Assembly: GCA_000182565.2 (NCBI GenBank)
Contig: KQ257457.1
Length of the DNA: 64,000 nt
DNA from: Spizellomyces punctatus DAOM BR117
Lineage: Eukaryota
Direction: 5' to 3' (one strand)
Within the stretch, counting starts at the first letter, position 1. Each line of letters starts with the position of its first letter. A model generated the notes under the pieces. The model worked only from the letters and a program-made list of their open reading frames with translations, ran no database searches and was not told where the DNA came from. The position numbers and the translations under genes are program-made. Shown here piece by piece: positions 25,432-43,533 of this stretch.

Positions 25432-25495
25432 AGTTTACTACACAACAAAACTAACTATATTTACTAAGTAGTGACTTCTTTTTCATGTAATTACA

Positions 25496-28400
25496 TCACA
25501 AGTCTTTAGGATCAAGGACAATATAGCTGGCCATCTTGCGGGTAAAGAGAAGAATGAGCGACAGGATATAAAAGCATGCGCCCGATGATAACCAACCTCC
25601 AATGTAGCATCATGAGGCAAATTATAGTAGTCAATCTTTCCCTGGGTGTTTCTCGACAAGGTATCATATAATGCTCGCCGAATGCGATCCAGCCATCGTG
25701 CTTTTTCTCCGGATTGAATGAGTTCCCTACCGACGATAAACACAACTTTATCGTCTTTTGCCATTCGAAGACCCCGCTTTTTGGCACGCTCCATTGCACT
25801 GACCACATTGATAGATCGTTCAGCGTACCCTACGAGAAGTGGATCATCAATAACGGTCTCACTATTGCACCTCGACACATCGATTTAAATTACCGTAAGA
25901 AATGACCAGTCTATAAATCCCCGCCATGGCATCAATGGTTCGGAAGACCGTCTTTTCCTCGTCTGCAACAAACGGAGCTGGTTGACTGACTGCAGTCATG
26001 CAGACGATATTCATCGGTAGACTGTTGAGTCTTCTGGCGCAAATATTAAGGACGTTGGGGACATCCTCGTCCGTGTTGCTGACAAACACAACGGTGCCGT
26101 GGGTTCTAGTGATGGCCTTCACATGCTGTCTCAGCTCGCTCATAGCAAGCAGCCGATCATGGAGCCAGTCGTTGACTTCGCGCGTGGTTACGTACCAGGT
26201 GTACATCAATAGAAAGATGAACATGGCAATTAGAAGCGATACCCAGCCCATAGAGGTAACTTTACGCATAGAGGAAGCGAAAAGGAGGAGATCTATACTC
26301 CAAAACACAATAGCGTATAGAGCTACTTTCCACCGGGGAAGATTCCACCCGTACAACATGACAAGTCCGTACAGGAAGGAGGTTACTGTCATTGATCCAC
26401 TAATACAGATACCTACCCGTAGAAGAGCGACATAAGGTGCAATGATCCTTCCGAAAACAATTCAACTACCTACCAGCAATATTCGCCAGCCCTTCTGAGC
26501 TTTGGAATGCCAAAGTTAAAGAGATGGATCCTATCCAAAGAAGAAAATTGACAAATGGAATGTAAACTTCGCTGCCATTGTCGATGCTAGGATGCTTGGT
26601 TTTGATGTTTGGGAACGCGTTAAACGATATCTTTTGGCAATGTCCAGGAGGCAGTGTAAGTCAATCGTACGAGACAGCGACGTTCCAACTTTACATACGG
26701 ATTGATCAATCAAGGTAACGCAACCGGTGATCGCTCCTTGGGCAGCCAAGATGGCTGAGAAAATGAGTGGACCCAGTTAGTTGAAGATTTCTCACAGTCT
26801 CGGACGGTTTACGGGTATGTGACTTGCCTGCCATCGTTGCAATGACTAGAACAGGCCATTTGACAGCGCTAGGATTCAAGGGAACATGTAAACTGTAATG
26901 TCGGCACACCCGAATCAATGAGGAAGCGTACCTTGGAACCGAATGGAAAAAGGGGTCCCGAGCTGCTTCCGGATGTAGGATAACATATGCCGCTTGGCTA
27001 AATCACATCATCTAGGTCAAGCAGATGCAAATTGTACAGGCAAAAGGAGCGTCATACCCTATGTAACTCAACATGATGGAAGGATAGACGACACCTAAAA
27101 ATGACAGCCGGATGGGAAGAGCCGAAAAGTGTCCCAGATCCGCATACAGAGCCTCTACTCCAGCCATGGCTAATACGCTAGATTACAATACAGTCAGCAC
27201 CATTGCAATCATATGAGGATTCCAACTTGGCAAACCACCTACTTACACATGACTCAGCAAGAAAAAGCCTGTCAACGGTTCATCTTGGATATACAGTCCA
27301 AGATAATGCGGACTGATAGCTGCAAAAACTTTGGGATATTGAGAAATGTTGTAGAGTCCGATCATCGCTATTGTGAGGAACCACACGACAAATATAGGTC
27401 CGTAAAACTTCTGGGTAGAGGAAGTTCCAAACCGTTGCACATAGAAAACAAGTGTGAGGATGGCACATGTGCAGCCAACTCCCCCCCAAGCGCTAAATGA
27501 ACTATGAAAAGAAGGAAATGTTACCAACTTGATCCTCTTGCTGGACGTTTGAGTTGTTCACACTTACCTAGCGTACTCTTTGACTCCTTCAAAAGCGGCC
27601 AGTACGGTTATTGCCGGTGCTATTACGGCATCAGCGACAATGAAACTGGCAGCAAGTAATCCAAGTACATAGATATATTTCCGATATTTCGCCAAAACCG
27701 AATCATCGCCTTCCGTGGGCAACAACGAAATTAACGCCCAAGTGCCCCCCTCCCCGTTTTTGTCCGCTGTAAACGAATATGCACCAATTTCAATACATGC
27801 AACCGGATTCGAGGTTTTTGGGTTATACCTTTCAGTATCAACCAAATGTACTTCACACAGCACACTAGAGTGACAATCCAGATCAAGAACGACAGAGCCC
27901 CGAGGACGTGCTCATCGCCGTGCTCCGTACTTGCGGAATGGTCCTCCCCCGAAAAAATGGTCTTAAGGACAAAGAGCGGGCTGACAGCAATGTCGCCGTA
28001 TATGATACCTGGCACGCCAGCGACAGTCAATCGATTGCTTTGGGCACGTTGTGCTTACAAGAAATATGTGGAACGTACCAAGTGCACCCAAACTGAGCTT
28101 TAACACTTTTCTCGCGCTCATGTTGTGATCTATTCGAGGCGGTGGTGGAATACAAAGCGCGGCACCCAGCGACATTCGTCTTCCACCCTGAGCCAATGGT
28201 GTTCCGGATCTTTTCTTCCGTTGCGTTAGAGTTGCGCCATCATTGAACGGGTTGTGGAAAGGATCGGCACCCTGCGCATTGACCGGATTAGGACTAGTTG
28301 AAGCTGATGAGATGGGTTTAAAATCTGGTAAAGGGGACATCAAAGCCGTTTTGATGATTTCGGGTGCGGGCACAAGCAATGATATGTTATTCTTTTGAGA

Positions 28401-28964
28401 CGCTTTCATATCGATTTCCAAATTGGAAGGCTGGGTCAATAGGACCGTGGGTTGAGGCATTGGCCGAGTATCTGTTTCATCAGAGGCCTTCTTCAAACTT
28501 TCCGTGTCTGGCGTGTTGTCTTGTTTGCTTTCCACAGGCCGATGTCCGCCTTCCAGATCCTGCGACCATCGCACAGATTGCTTTGATGCAGTTATTGAAT
28601 TGCTTGCAAGCATAAGAGATGACGTCCGATGAGAAGATGGAGACGGTGGTATAGAGGCTGGTCCGCTGGATTTTCTCCGGTGGGAGCGTGGCCGAGCATG
28701 AGTCAAATCAAGATTGGATTCTCTACTTGATGGCAAAGGAACATCAAGACCTGCAGTGGATCGGCCGATGCGGGATACAGCAAGACTGCCGGATTCAAGA
28801 TCCTCTTCCGTGGTCATTTCTAGAGGACTGAGGTGGGTGTCAGAGGCTGAATTATGAGGAATTTGGAGCGTTGGATTCGAATATCTCGGGTCCCTCTCCA
28901 AATCCTCCAACCTTCCCTCTTCCGGAAACAATCCAATTTCTTCTATCACACCGTCATGGGACAT
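25496..28964 (-). CDS. HAK1: KUP/HAK/KT potassium transporter with a long disordered N-terminus, multi-exon
   Basis: [60 protein letters not shown]; last exon predicted as [12 protein letters not shown]. Confidence 0.9.
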
Positions 28965-29304
28965 GATAGCCAGATGCAGCCAACACTTCTCGGGTAGAGT
29001 TCACCACGAAAGTAATCGGACGGTTTTGTAGGCAGTACATATATGATTGACCATTGAGATAAAAATAGCACTTGGGTCTAGCACCTTATGTCATGGAGCC
29101 GGAAGGGTTTTTTAAGGATATCTTAGAATGTCTGGGTCGGCATGTGTGCGTTACCGTCTATTGAATTTATGGTCCAGCATAACTATAAATCGGTTACACA
29201 CCTGGGCCCGCTTCCGTCCATAGCTGAGTCAATTCCGATATCGCATTGTTATTTATTACAAAGTAGTACGGTCTAAAATATGCGCTTTCTGATTGTTACT
29301 TCCG

Positions 29305-30361
29305 CTATTGACTCTTTTTTAAGTCTCGGCCCGTGCGAATCGATACAATAGGAACTAGAACTAGTCCAAATACAACCGTGTGCCCCACTGCGAACCCCAC
29401 CAAAGGTGCATATTTTCCAGCCCATCCATGCTCAAAGTAAGATATATCATCAACGTAATGAGTATTCATCGCAAGTCCCCATGCACAGCTAATGGCGATA
29501 AAGTCAACAACGGCCGTTCTTAAAATGTATGAAAGAACGTTTTTCTTAATTTGGCCAGCAGAGATAGATACGTTGCCTGCTGCGTGCCGCTTCGACAACT
29601 CCTGAAAGGTTTCCGACGCCAAGGTGTACATGAGATAGTAAATCACAGGCACAAAGATGGTACCCATGGCAAGTAGTGTGTTGAATACTGGGGAGAAGAC
29701 GAATTGCGTCATCTGGAAAGTGATGCCAGCTTTCCAATCCCTATATGTACCGGGGTATGTGAACCGATAGTATCTGAAACAGGTTGGTCAACATAAAAAT
29801 ACTTTTTGATATGACACTTTGGTATACTGACCCCATACCCAAAATCGCTGTGAAGCACGAGTAAGCGTGAATCCAGTATTTGTGGTAGGAAGGATCACGA
29901 GCTAGATTGTCTCGGTGCGCGCGAATGTGATTGTAAGTAACGTAAAAGCCGAGAATTCCCAAGGCGGAATTAGTGAGAGTAAACGTTGTTGTCAGGAGGG
30001 GTGGAATGGCATCCCTTCCGGACGTGAATATGAACATTGATTCCTTGGGTTGTCTGGGTTAGAGGGCCGCCAAAGTGAACGTCAACAATCTCTTACCCAT
30101 CCAGGAAACCTGTCAAGCAAATAGGTACCAGACGGAACAAACAGGAGTGAAAGGAAAAGCAGCGTCAAAACGAATGGACGGTTCACAAACGGGGAAGGAG
30201 AGACGGAAAGCGTGGAGGCAGCACAGGCTGCAAACGACGCGCCAAATGCTGTTGGAGCAGGGGTGTAGGATATAATCCGTAAACCTTTCAACGAAGAGTA
30301 AAGCGGCAGTGAAAGAAGGTAGTAGCTCACCGAAAGACCAGAAAACGTCGACTTCAATCAT
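29305..30361 (-). CDS. Uncharacterised multi-pass membrane protein, multi-exon
   Basis: Spliced model MIEVDVFWSF/AFGASFAACAA...LLFLSLLFVPSGTYLL..FPGW/ESMF...TNSALGILGFYV; several TM helices. Confidence 0.7.
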
Positions 30362-31111
30362 GATGTTGCGGAAGTATAAATTCACAGAGAAAATGAGGCT
30401 AGCTTTATTTTTTCGACAAGGAAATGTATGCAGAACTACAGCTTTTTAAAAGAACAGGTTTGCCAAGAAACCAAGGTTGGCGGGAAGCAAAGTTGTTGTG
30501 TGTTTCCACAAGGCATAAGCTAAACTCAAAAGCATGTCCCCTTTCCGTCACCTGTGCACACATGCCAGGTGTTACTATGTTGTATGATTGTTTGGGTTTT
30601 GGCGAGTTTAAGACAACCAGCCTACAGCTGGGAGAGATGCCTTCCTTTCACCTACTTAGTTAGTTACCTGCACACTGCGTACTCCTTTTGTATGTAACAG
30701 TACCCCATTGACACCCGGCAGAGTGTTCCAACCTTTGCAAACGGCGGGATGTTGGACAACTTGCTTACTCATGCACTGCAACCGCACTAATTCAAGCGCG
30801 TGATCGACAAGGTTTGTGAGCAAACGACAACTCCGACCAAACTTCCTAGTCCTCCAAACTCACCGGTAAAAGAAACTTTCTGCTTGCTCTCCGCCTTTTT
30901 GTTGTTAGGCTACCTTTTAACGATTCGCCACCATGAGGTACGGCGCCGAGAATACCTGGCTGCGGAATCTATCCTACTTGTGCTAATGTTTTTCGAATAG
31001 TTTGGTGCAGCTGTTGGACGACTCGTATGACTCCACAACGGATGACGACGACTTTTCGCCTCCTGAGAACGCATTGCAAGATATGTCCTCCAGTGAAGGT
31101 TAGACAAATAT

Positions 31112-31942
31112 TTGCAGACATCTTTAAATCTTTTGCCCACACTTTCTGCATCATTGACAGATCTACAAAGTGATGATACTACCAAGTATCTCCCATCACC
31201 AATAAGCACCAAAAAGCGGAGAAAGCGGCGTGCATCATCATTGGAAATTCACGCATATCCTAAGAAGAGGCTAAAGTCATCACCCAGTGAGCGGTTCACC
31301 AATGGTACCGCGTTTGATCTGTGTGGTCAATTTAGCGATTCCGAGGAAGAGGGGGATGGAGATTTTCTGCCAGGCGATGATGAGATGGATAGCGACAATG
31401 GAAACAGTGACGATGACGAAAGCGACACACTGGACGATGACGAAGATACCCAGTCGGACTCTACATTTCCCACATTAAAAATGACTAATCACTCCCCGCA
31501 TTACAATGAACAACGGTCCCTTCGGTCAGCCAACCTCGACATTCCAGTTTTTACCTCAGATTTTGACGCATTTGCAATATCCCGAATGAAAGCTCACCAG
31601 GAGGCTCAGGAGACTCTGTCAAGTACCGTCGTGGACACCACGGAGAAAGCGAAAGCCCACGCATCCGTGAAAGATAAATATGACAAAAGCAAGAAGACCC
31701 TAACACGGATAGAAGCACAGGTTGAAGCATCTAGACAGAAATTATGGGGTGTCAAAGGTGGCCTGGCCGATGTTTTCAAGGGCGTCTATGAGGGAGTTGT
31801 TAAAAGAATGATTGCACGAGCTGCTGTCGACAAGTCTGGAATGGTAGAATGGGATCACCGCGATGGAAGGACATTGGCAAGCTCCCAAGTCTCTCACTTT
31901 GTGCGGGTCCTCGCAAAGGAAATTCGAGAAGCAAGGTGTTGA
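31112..31942 (+). CDS. Hypothetical nuclear protein (NLS, acidic tract, coiled coil); may be the 5' part of the F-box gene
   Basis: KKRRKRR and PKKRLK motifs, Asp/Glu tract, 276 aa frame. Confidence 0.5.
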   Translation: MQTSLNLLPTLSASLTDLQSDDTTKYLPSPISTKKRRKRRASSLEIHAYPKKRLKSSPSERFTNGTAFDLCGQFSDSEEEGDGDFLPGDDEMDSDNGNSDDDESDTLDDDEDTQSDSTFPTLKMTNHSPHYNEQRSLRSANLDIPVFTSDFDAFAISRMKAHQEAQETLSSTVVDTTEKAKAHASVKDKYDKSKKTLTRIEAQVEASRQKLWGVKGGLADVFKGVYEGVVKRMIARAAVDKSGMVEWDHRDGRTLASSQVSHFVRVLAKEIREARC

Positions 31943-32066
31943 ATAGATTCAAAACATCGCTTGCGCAGGTGTGGCACAGTATGCTTGCTAAGCAAGGCTG
32001 ATGACTTGAACAAGTTGCCTGGCCAGATTGTTATCTCTACCTGAACCTTGCATGTCCTGCTGCAAA

Positions 32067-33707
32067 ATGAAATCCCTTCCACCAACTCCACTGCCGACTT
32101 TGGGCTGCTCTCTCGTCTCTTTACCTCTAGAGCTTCAGATACCTATCTTTGCATTTCTAGAGCTTGAAGCCCTTGCGAATCTTTCAGCGACCTGTAAAAC
32201 TCTCCACACACTCATTTCTGAATGTGAGCATATATGGCGCAGTGTTTGCAGGGCCCGTTGGCGGGATTTGGATCACTTCCTGCCAGAGGATGGACAAGGG
32301 TGGAGGAAGTTGTACGTACGAAGGATGCATCGAGATAGAGAGATTACCACTGGACGGATAAGAATCGGAGAATTGCGAAGAAGAGTACGAGCGGGAGAAG
32401 CACAGGTGTGTATTCTATATGTGAATAACCAATGGAATACAATGCCATATCTGTGCCTGATGCTTCATGACTCTGTTGCTCTCAGCTTTACCATAACAAG
32501 ATGGTAGTCAGCGGAAGCATCCGTGGTACAGTCTTGAAAGCCCATCTCCGTGGCGGATCGGATGGACCATGTACAACTGCGACAGTTGCAGAGCCAGCTG
32601 CTGGAATATCTGTTTTGTATCGGTATGTCCTGCCTCTTATTGACCAGCCATACTTTGATGCTTTATTCTAATCGGACTCGACTTAGGGGAGCGATCAATT
32701 GCCTCCAGGTCCATCGCGGTATCATTGCTACCGGATGGGAGGTAAGAAAAGCGTTGTTTTATTAATACTTCATACAATGACTTATTACTTGCGTGCTCAG
32801 AACTACACAACGTTGACCTCTCGTCAGTCAGACGGCACCATTAAAATTTACGATCTTGAATCCCTTCGTCCACTGACAGTACTGTCTTGTACGGGGATGT
32901 CGGCCGTAACAGCTCTCCGCTTCAACTCTCGCCGCCTCGTTGCAGGCGATAAATCAGGCGTGCTACGCAGCTGGACATTGGCGCCAAGAGGAGAAGGTGG
33001 ATCTTTGGAGAAAGTCATGTGGCCGCAATTTCGACGACCAAGTGGGAGCATGGCAAGAAATGGATCAGATGCAGATACCATGATACTTGATGTACAGGTG
33101 AGCATGCAAAAGATCCTTTGAAAAACCTCATATGTTAACATTTACTGTTTTCAAGTTTACATCAACCCACGCTATATCGCGGACCAAGGACGCACTTCAT
33201 GTGTACAATATCCAAACAGGGACACCCATTCAGATTCTTCCCACCAGTCGATCCACCCGGCCAACAGCAACACATATAACACCCACGCACCTTGCAATGG
33301 GTGGATCTGACTTTGGGCTCCGCGTATACTCCCTACGCACAGGGCTGCGACGTACAGCAGTTTTACCACATGACTCACAAATAACTTGCGTTCAATTCGC
33401 TCCAGAGAATGGAATTATGGTCAGCGGTGATGATAGGGGCATGGTCCGGGCTTGGGAAATTGGAAGTTGGACATGTATTGGACGATATGCTGTTGGAGGA
33501 TCTGTTGGTGCTGTCGAGATTAGAGGTTTGGGGAATGGTGGTGGAAAACCTGGCGAGTATGTCATCATTGTTGTAGGAGTCGATGGGAAGGTGCAAGTAT
33601 GCGGGAATGAAGGTTTTGTGCGACTGGCAGAAGCGGAGGTGGAGTCCATGGAATATGCTTTGAATAAGCTGAACAGCGCAATTCCGTGTATGTCTGTGGC
33701 AGGATGA
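32067..33707 (+). CDS. F-box/WD40 repeat protein, multi-exon
   Basis: F-box LVSLPLELQIPIFAFL...LSATCKTL; WD-like repeats DGTIKIYD, GDKSGVLRSW and VSGDDRGMVRAWE. Confidence 0.85.
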
Positions 33708-33978
33708 ATAGTGCTCGTCCTGTGTTATCATTTTGTCATCTTCCACAAATTTGTATATACAATTTATCATCCAGCTAGATTCTGAATAAGAGTTTTGGTA
33801 CTTTGAACACTGGATCCGGATACACATGCAGCTGTCAATCGAAAAGAAATGGTCTGATCCTGTCCATAGTGGTCAGCGGAGCAATTTTAGCAGGATTATG
33901 AACAGGTACGACAATGGCTCACCTTATGATCATAGACTCGAACAATGCTTCCTTCTATTTCTTTCCCTATAATCGCAT

Positions 33979-36760
33979 CTAGGACCTCACGTTGCTCATC
34001 CAAAGCGAGCCGCACAAACTCTGAGGGTGTGACTGCCAGAATATCCTATAATCCGAAAACTTAAGACTTTGCATGGCTGTTTTCACGGTGCTAGTGTTCC
34101 ACATTCCTACCTCAGCAACACCCAATCCGACATCAACCTCACAACATCCTGTTGCATCGTCCAACACGAAGCGGAGGGTATACGTGACTTTGCACTCTTC
34201 AATAAACTGAGCGCAGAACGGGCAGTAAAGTACTGCCTCATCAGTGGTTTCTACGGGACGGTTGCACCGCGGGTCTTCAGAATCAAGTTAGCATCGCTGA
34301 AACGAGGTACGACAGGGTATGCCTCCAAAATGTCTACGCACGGATTGAAATCGTGGTCCGGCCACATTTTCCTTCCGCCCAGGTGGAGATAACCGCGCGA
34401 CAGTAGAAATTATGCCGCTTTTCCGCCAGGGCCGCTGATACTCGCATGATGTTGCGAAGAAACGGGGAGCACAGAAAGCCAGTTGATGAGCTAACTAAAG
34501 CGTTTGCCTGGTGCATGAATACAAATTTCCGCGCATGACCGAGTGTTGACAGGTCATCCTCACCATTCCACGCTTTTGTACCCAACTCCACCTTTCCAAA
34601 GACGTCAAAACGCTTCTTCACTAACTTCCCCGGTTGCCCTCTTGCAACACGTTCCGTTGTCGCGAGCCCTTCAAGGAGCAGCCAGTCCCCAACAAATGCA
34701 TTTGACGTGGCGGCTTGCCCAATATCATCCCATAAGGTGATATCACAGTACCCTATTCGGAGACAAAGGACCATGGTTATAAATTGCGACGTCACATGCA
34801 GATTTCAGCACAATGCTCACCGGACTCATCTGTTAGCCGGATTCCATACCGACTTACTTTGATTCCCTCGTTTTCAAAGGGCATCTGATATGGACGACAT
34901 ATTTGTAACCTCATCACTGCCGTCGCTTTCTCGCATACGCATCCGCAGCACTCACATTGGCTATCACTTCCAAGACTTTGCCAAAGATGGTAATGTTTAT
35001 CATCTTAGGGGCAAGCTCCGTGATAAGTAACCGGTTGGGATACCATTTGAAATCCAAAATGCCCTGCGATCCGACAATGTTGACTGCTCAAATACGGCAT
35101 AATCTTTCAAACTGACACATAATATGCATACCTGTGCATCTCGTGGAACAGCATGTTGACTTGGCTGACTCGCCATGCTACACATTAGTTCCATTTCCTA
35201 CTGGGCAGGAGAAAACAGAGGTCACTTGTCTCCGAATACATTACGGCATGAGGCTACCGGCTGTACCTTCGTAGGGTCCATAGGAATTACAAATATCACG
35301 GTTTGGGACCCATATTCGAGCGTTATCGAACGCTTATCATCCCTCCCGGCTTGCCGCTCAACCGTCACGTAAGGCCGCCATATCGCTAACCAATCGCCCT
35401 GAGCGTACTCGCGATTTATTGCCATGAAAATAAACAACGACTGCGTTTCACGACTCACCTTTCGGAAAAGGGATGCCAACCCAATTTGCTCATCCCACAA
35501 GACCAGACATGCGTTCTCTTCCACGGAAGTGTCATTCACGTACACATGAAGCCTCTGAGACGACCGTGAGATCGGGCAGCGTGAACTGTTCCTATTTGAT
35601 GAACCTGCCAGCGGATTGAACAGGGGAACGTACGTCCTCGTTAGCTTGAGTCAAAGGCCAAAACAGTTGCGTCGACGATTTTGGATCCATTTACGCAATA
35701 CCATACCAGGTACCTTGACTAGAAAAGCAAAGCTCCTTTCTTCCTCCACATCGGCCGCAGCAACGTGGGACAAGCTTTCATCAAATCTGTCGCTTAGAAA
35801 CTTTTTGTCCTGATCATCGGATTCCGACAACAGAAACACCATGTGCTCGGTTGGCAAAAGTCGCGTACCACCAACAGGAGTAGTTACAGAGCGTGTGCCT
35901 GTAATGCGGACCTGACGATGCTAAGGAGCAAGGTTGGTGAATTCCTTCGCTTAGCGCAAAACTAGAAATGCTAGGACACCTTTTCGAGAAAGTCTCCAGC
36001 GCATTCATCAGCCAAGAAGCAGAACTTTTGGTGGAGATACATGTCGATACTCCGACGAGATCCAGGATCAGATAGAGTTACCATGTGTGCACATCATAGT
36101 TAATGATAATTAGATTGGACATGACTGAACGCGCAAAGTCCCAACGGAAAGGATATGAGTTCTGGTTCCTGGCAACACTTGCACTTTCAATGTCACGACT
36201 TCAAACATTGCTTCCGGAGGCACCGCTTTCCCATCTACAAAGGCATCAAGTGTCTCAAACCCTAGAGCAACGGCCAGAAGGCTTTGTTCGTTGGGGCACT
36301 GCGACGAATATGCAAATGTGCACAATTAACTCACGTTTCGACACTCCTCTTCTGACTTCAGCGCTACATTCATCCCACTAGCAACCAAAGACAAACCGTA
36401 AGATGCACACTTATGTGAAGTTGCGACACGGTGCGCTTCCCCTCACCTGCACTTCCAATTCTGCATTCACAATTGCTTCGGTTAATCCTGACGGATACTG
36501 GCCAAGGAGAACCAGCAGCCGGGTGAACACCCAACTCCTATAATAGTGCACTATTCAGTTCACACCACAATTGGGAGACAGAGAACGTAATGCAAAATGT
36601 CCGCGAACCAAGGCACAACATCGCTGTCCTGCTCTCCGTTCTTTGATACATTGTCTTTCTGGTCTAATCTTTGCAGTTGCCTTCGCGTCTCCCGTTCTGT
36701 CAACCGCTTGCGTAGCTTGGTCACTGCCTGTTCAAAGTCATTTATCATACTCATAGGACA
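33979..36760 (-). CDS. Multi-OB-fold ssDNA-binding protein, Cdc24 OB-domain-like, with C-terminal Zn ribbon; multi-exon
   Basis: VPW/SWVFTRLL..YPSGLTEAI; CLVLWDEQIGLASLFRKGDWLAIWRPY...LEYGSQT; DITLWDD; YCPFC...LRFVLDDATG. Confidence 0.6.
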
Positions 36761-37076
36761 GAAGATAGAAGATCTCAAATGTAGATCGTTCAGTCATGAT
36801 GATCGAGGTGGCGCAGCATCAACCAGACATGGCAGCAAACCCTAACCCTAACCCTAGCACTATCTATATCCCTCAGAACGTTTGGAACGCCATGAAAATA
36901 TAGCATCTGGAAAATCGGCAACGGGTGCATACCCGGGGCGGCTTAAAGAACTTCAAGCAGAAAGGAACACCACCACAGAAGCCTGCACTTCAAGTGAACG
37001 AAAGTCTGCATATGAACATAGTGGCTGGCAAATGCGTCGTTATAGGTGACAAGGAGGAGGGCCATTAAATTAATCC

Positions 37077-38977
37077 CTACACATCGACTTCTGAATCCAA
37101 ATCCATCTCTCCATCGTCTACACTGGGTGGGAGTACGTCCGAGCCCTTGTCATCATCCTCTATGTCACCTATCCCGGAAACTCCGTCATCGCTCAGTACA
37201 CTGCTTGTCCCTAGCGTGTCTGTGGGATAAAATAATGCCGATTTTTCATCGTCAATCACCGCAGATCCATTCTCGGACCAATCTGGAATATCTGAAGCCT
37301 TTGGTGATGACGCGTGAGTGTGATGGGTGTGAGGGGCAGGAAGGAGATGACCATTTGGAAGGTGTTGCGTGGGTGTGGCTGACGCTAGTGGTGATGCAGA
37401 GGGCAGTGCAAGCCCTGCCTTTTCCACTTTGGGGTTGACTCGCTTAGTTCCTCTGCCTTTAATTTCCTCAAACTGGAAAGTTTGAAAAGTCAGCATCGTG
37501 ATGAAGATATGGATGAGAATATACATACCCGCTGCCAGACATAATTTTCGCATTTGTCCGCGTTTGGGAGGTCTTGGATAAGTTTGGATACCGTAGGATG
37601 TGAAAACCCAAAGTAGTCTGGGCCTGACGCGCTGTTACTGTGTTCCCGTTTACGCACAGCATTGGCAACTGGTAGTACAGACAAAAAAGATATCAGAATC
37701 AAGACGGCTGAAAGGAACAAATTCACTGTGCAGTACCTCGGATGACAGATGTCCAAGCGCCAGTTGCCGTTACAGCAGTTACACCTTTGTCTGGAGCATC
37801 CTCAGGTGTGACATGGAAGCGTGGTCCATCCACACCATCCGTCACAGTGCAGGTGTAAGTTACTGTTTTCTCTGCGTCGATCATGCTTGCATATGGTCTG
37901 CAATATAAAGCATGAAGTGAGAACTCATGAATGATTTGATTGCAGCAAATCACGATGCAGGTGAGAAAAGGCCATACCGTGTAATAGTATAACCAACGGG
38001 ATAAATATAGCGTTCGCTATGGAATTGCTTGCGATCATAGACAACCTCGCCCAAATTATATATGGTCAGAATTCCGACCTGGAGGGGTAAAATTGGCTTT
38101 CCAGAGTCATCCACAGGTATATGCTGTATTTTGCGGAGTTTTGCTTTCACAGGAGGTCGCTTTACGGCAGGCTCCTTGCGGGCACGCTTTGCTCCTGCCT
38201 TGTTAGGTGTAGGCTCGCGGGATGATGGTAGTTGCTGTATATTTATATGTGGTGGATAAACTGCATGGTAATCAGCCTGTGATTTGAAGACTGTCGACCT
38301 CTGGGGTCCGTGGGGTGAGAGGTGCGACTCGTCTATATCAAAGAAAGAGTCCGGTATGAGTATGGCCAGATGGCATTTTTGGTAGCAGATCTGTCCGATC
38401 TCTTGCTTGACGATGGTTTACCTGAGGGAACTGAAGAAACGTCCGATTCCGACTCACTACTGCTTGAGGTGAGGTCTGTATCGCTTTCTGACGAACTTGG
38501 CCGTTCATATCGCTCTAGACGATCTAGCAGCAATCTACAGATGATTGTAAAAACATGAATTTTGGCAAGATGCGACGGAAACCACCGCTAATAACATACT
38601 CTTTTTCCCGTTTGAGCTGCATAATCTTTGTACGGGCTTTCTTTAGGCGAGAGGTCATTCGGTCATGTTCCTGAAAAAAGACCAAAAGGTGCAGGTTTCA
38701 GTACCAGGCATGATACCGTCAATACAGGACCTTTTGAGGCTAATCGAGGCCCGACGCTTCCTCTCGGTCGCTGGATACTCACCTCCAAAACCTCCTTTAG
38801 CTACGAGGATAGTGGTAAAAATAAAGGTAAAACACACGCCATAAGCAAACCTTTCAAACACGAGAACTGGCGCACTACATTGTGGACATGTACCTTTCGC
38901 TTCAACTGTTTATATTTCTCCTCACTGGGGCCGGAACTCTTGTCCTTTCTGCTCTTGGGTGTGGCCGAAGGTGCCAT
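37077..38977 (-). CDS. FYRN/FYRC domain protein with an INO80E-like N-terminal coiled coil (TBRG1-like), multi-exon
   Basis: EEKYKQLKRK...LLLDRL; LTIYNLGEVVYDRKQFHSERYIYPVGY (FYRN); SGPDYFGFSHPTVSKLIQDLPNADKCENY (FYRC). Confidence 0.85.
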
Positions 38978-39677
38978 TTAGCCAGCAATGTGTGTGATGG
39001 GAATTCTTTGTAGTTGGGAATGGACAAGACTGCGCTCCTTTTGGTAAACGCTAGAATCTGGATTTACCCAGCGTCCCACGTTCCTTTGTTTCCGAAATGT
39101 TCCTTGCGACAAAAGCTGGGGGACTGCGCCTTGAATGTATTTTTCAAAACGGTTGCTAAATGAGGGAACGGTTTTATGTGCGGGGGAGGCGGTGTGTGTG
39201 GTTCTCGCAGGGCCAGCGTCCTTTGTGACTCGCTAGGGTTCAGAAGCAGAGATTCTATTGTGTACTTTATGTAAAACAAGATGAATGCGAGATGATGATG
39301 AAAAGTCCTACTCCTACTCTTTACAAAAGAAAACCAATTCTCCAAGAAAAAAAAAAAAGTTCCTTTTATAAACGCGTCCCGTTGCGTTCCTTTTTTTCAA
39401 AACCTTTGAGCCTAATAACCCTTCTTCCAACTTGCCCCCCTCCAACAAACCTCCCAACGGGCAAAAAGGCAACAAAAAGCGCAGAGTTCAAAACAACTTT
39501 AGAAAATCAACACAACGAATCCAAGAGATTGGTAACAAATATTTGGATCATTTGGATCTGTGGGTTCGAAACTGGATGCCCACACTCAGTTTTCTTGTTT
39601 TTTTATTTCAAGTTACAAGATTATTTAATTGCAGCAGGTTTACTGCGCATTATGTTACCAGTAAATAAAGAGATAGA

Positions 39678-43533
<3,856 letters not shown>

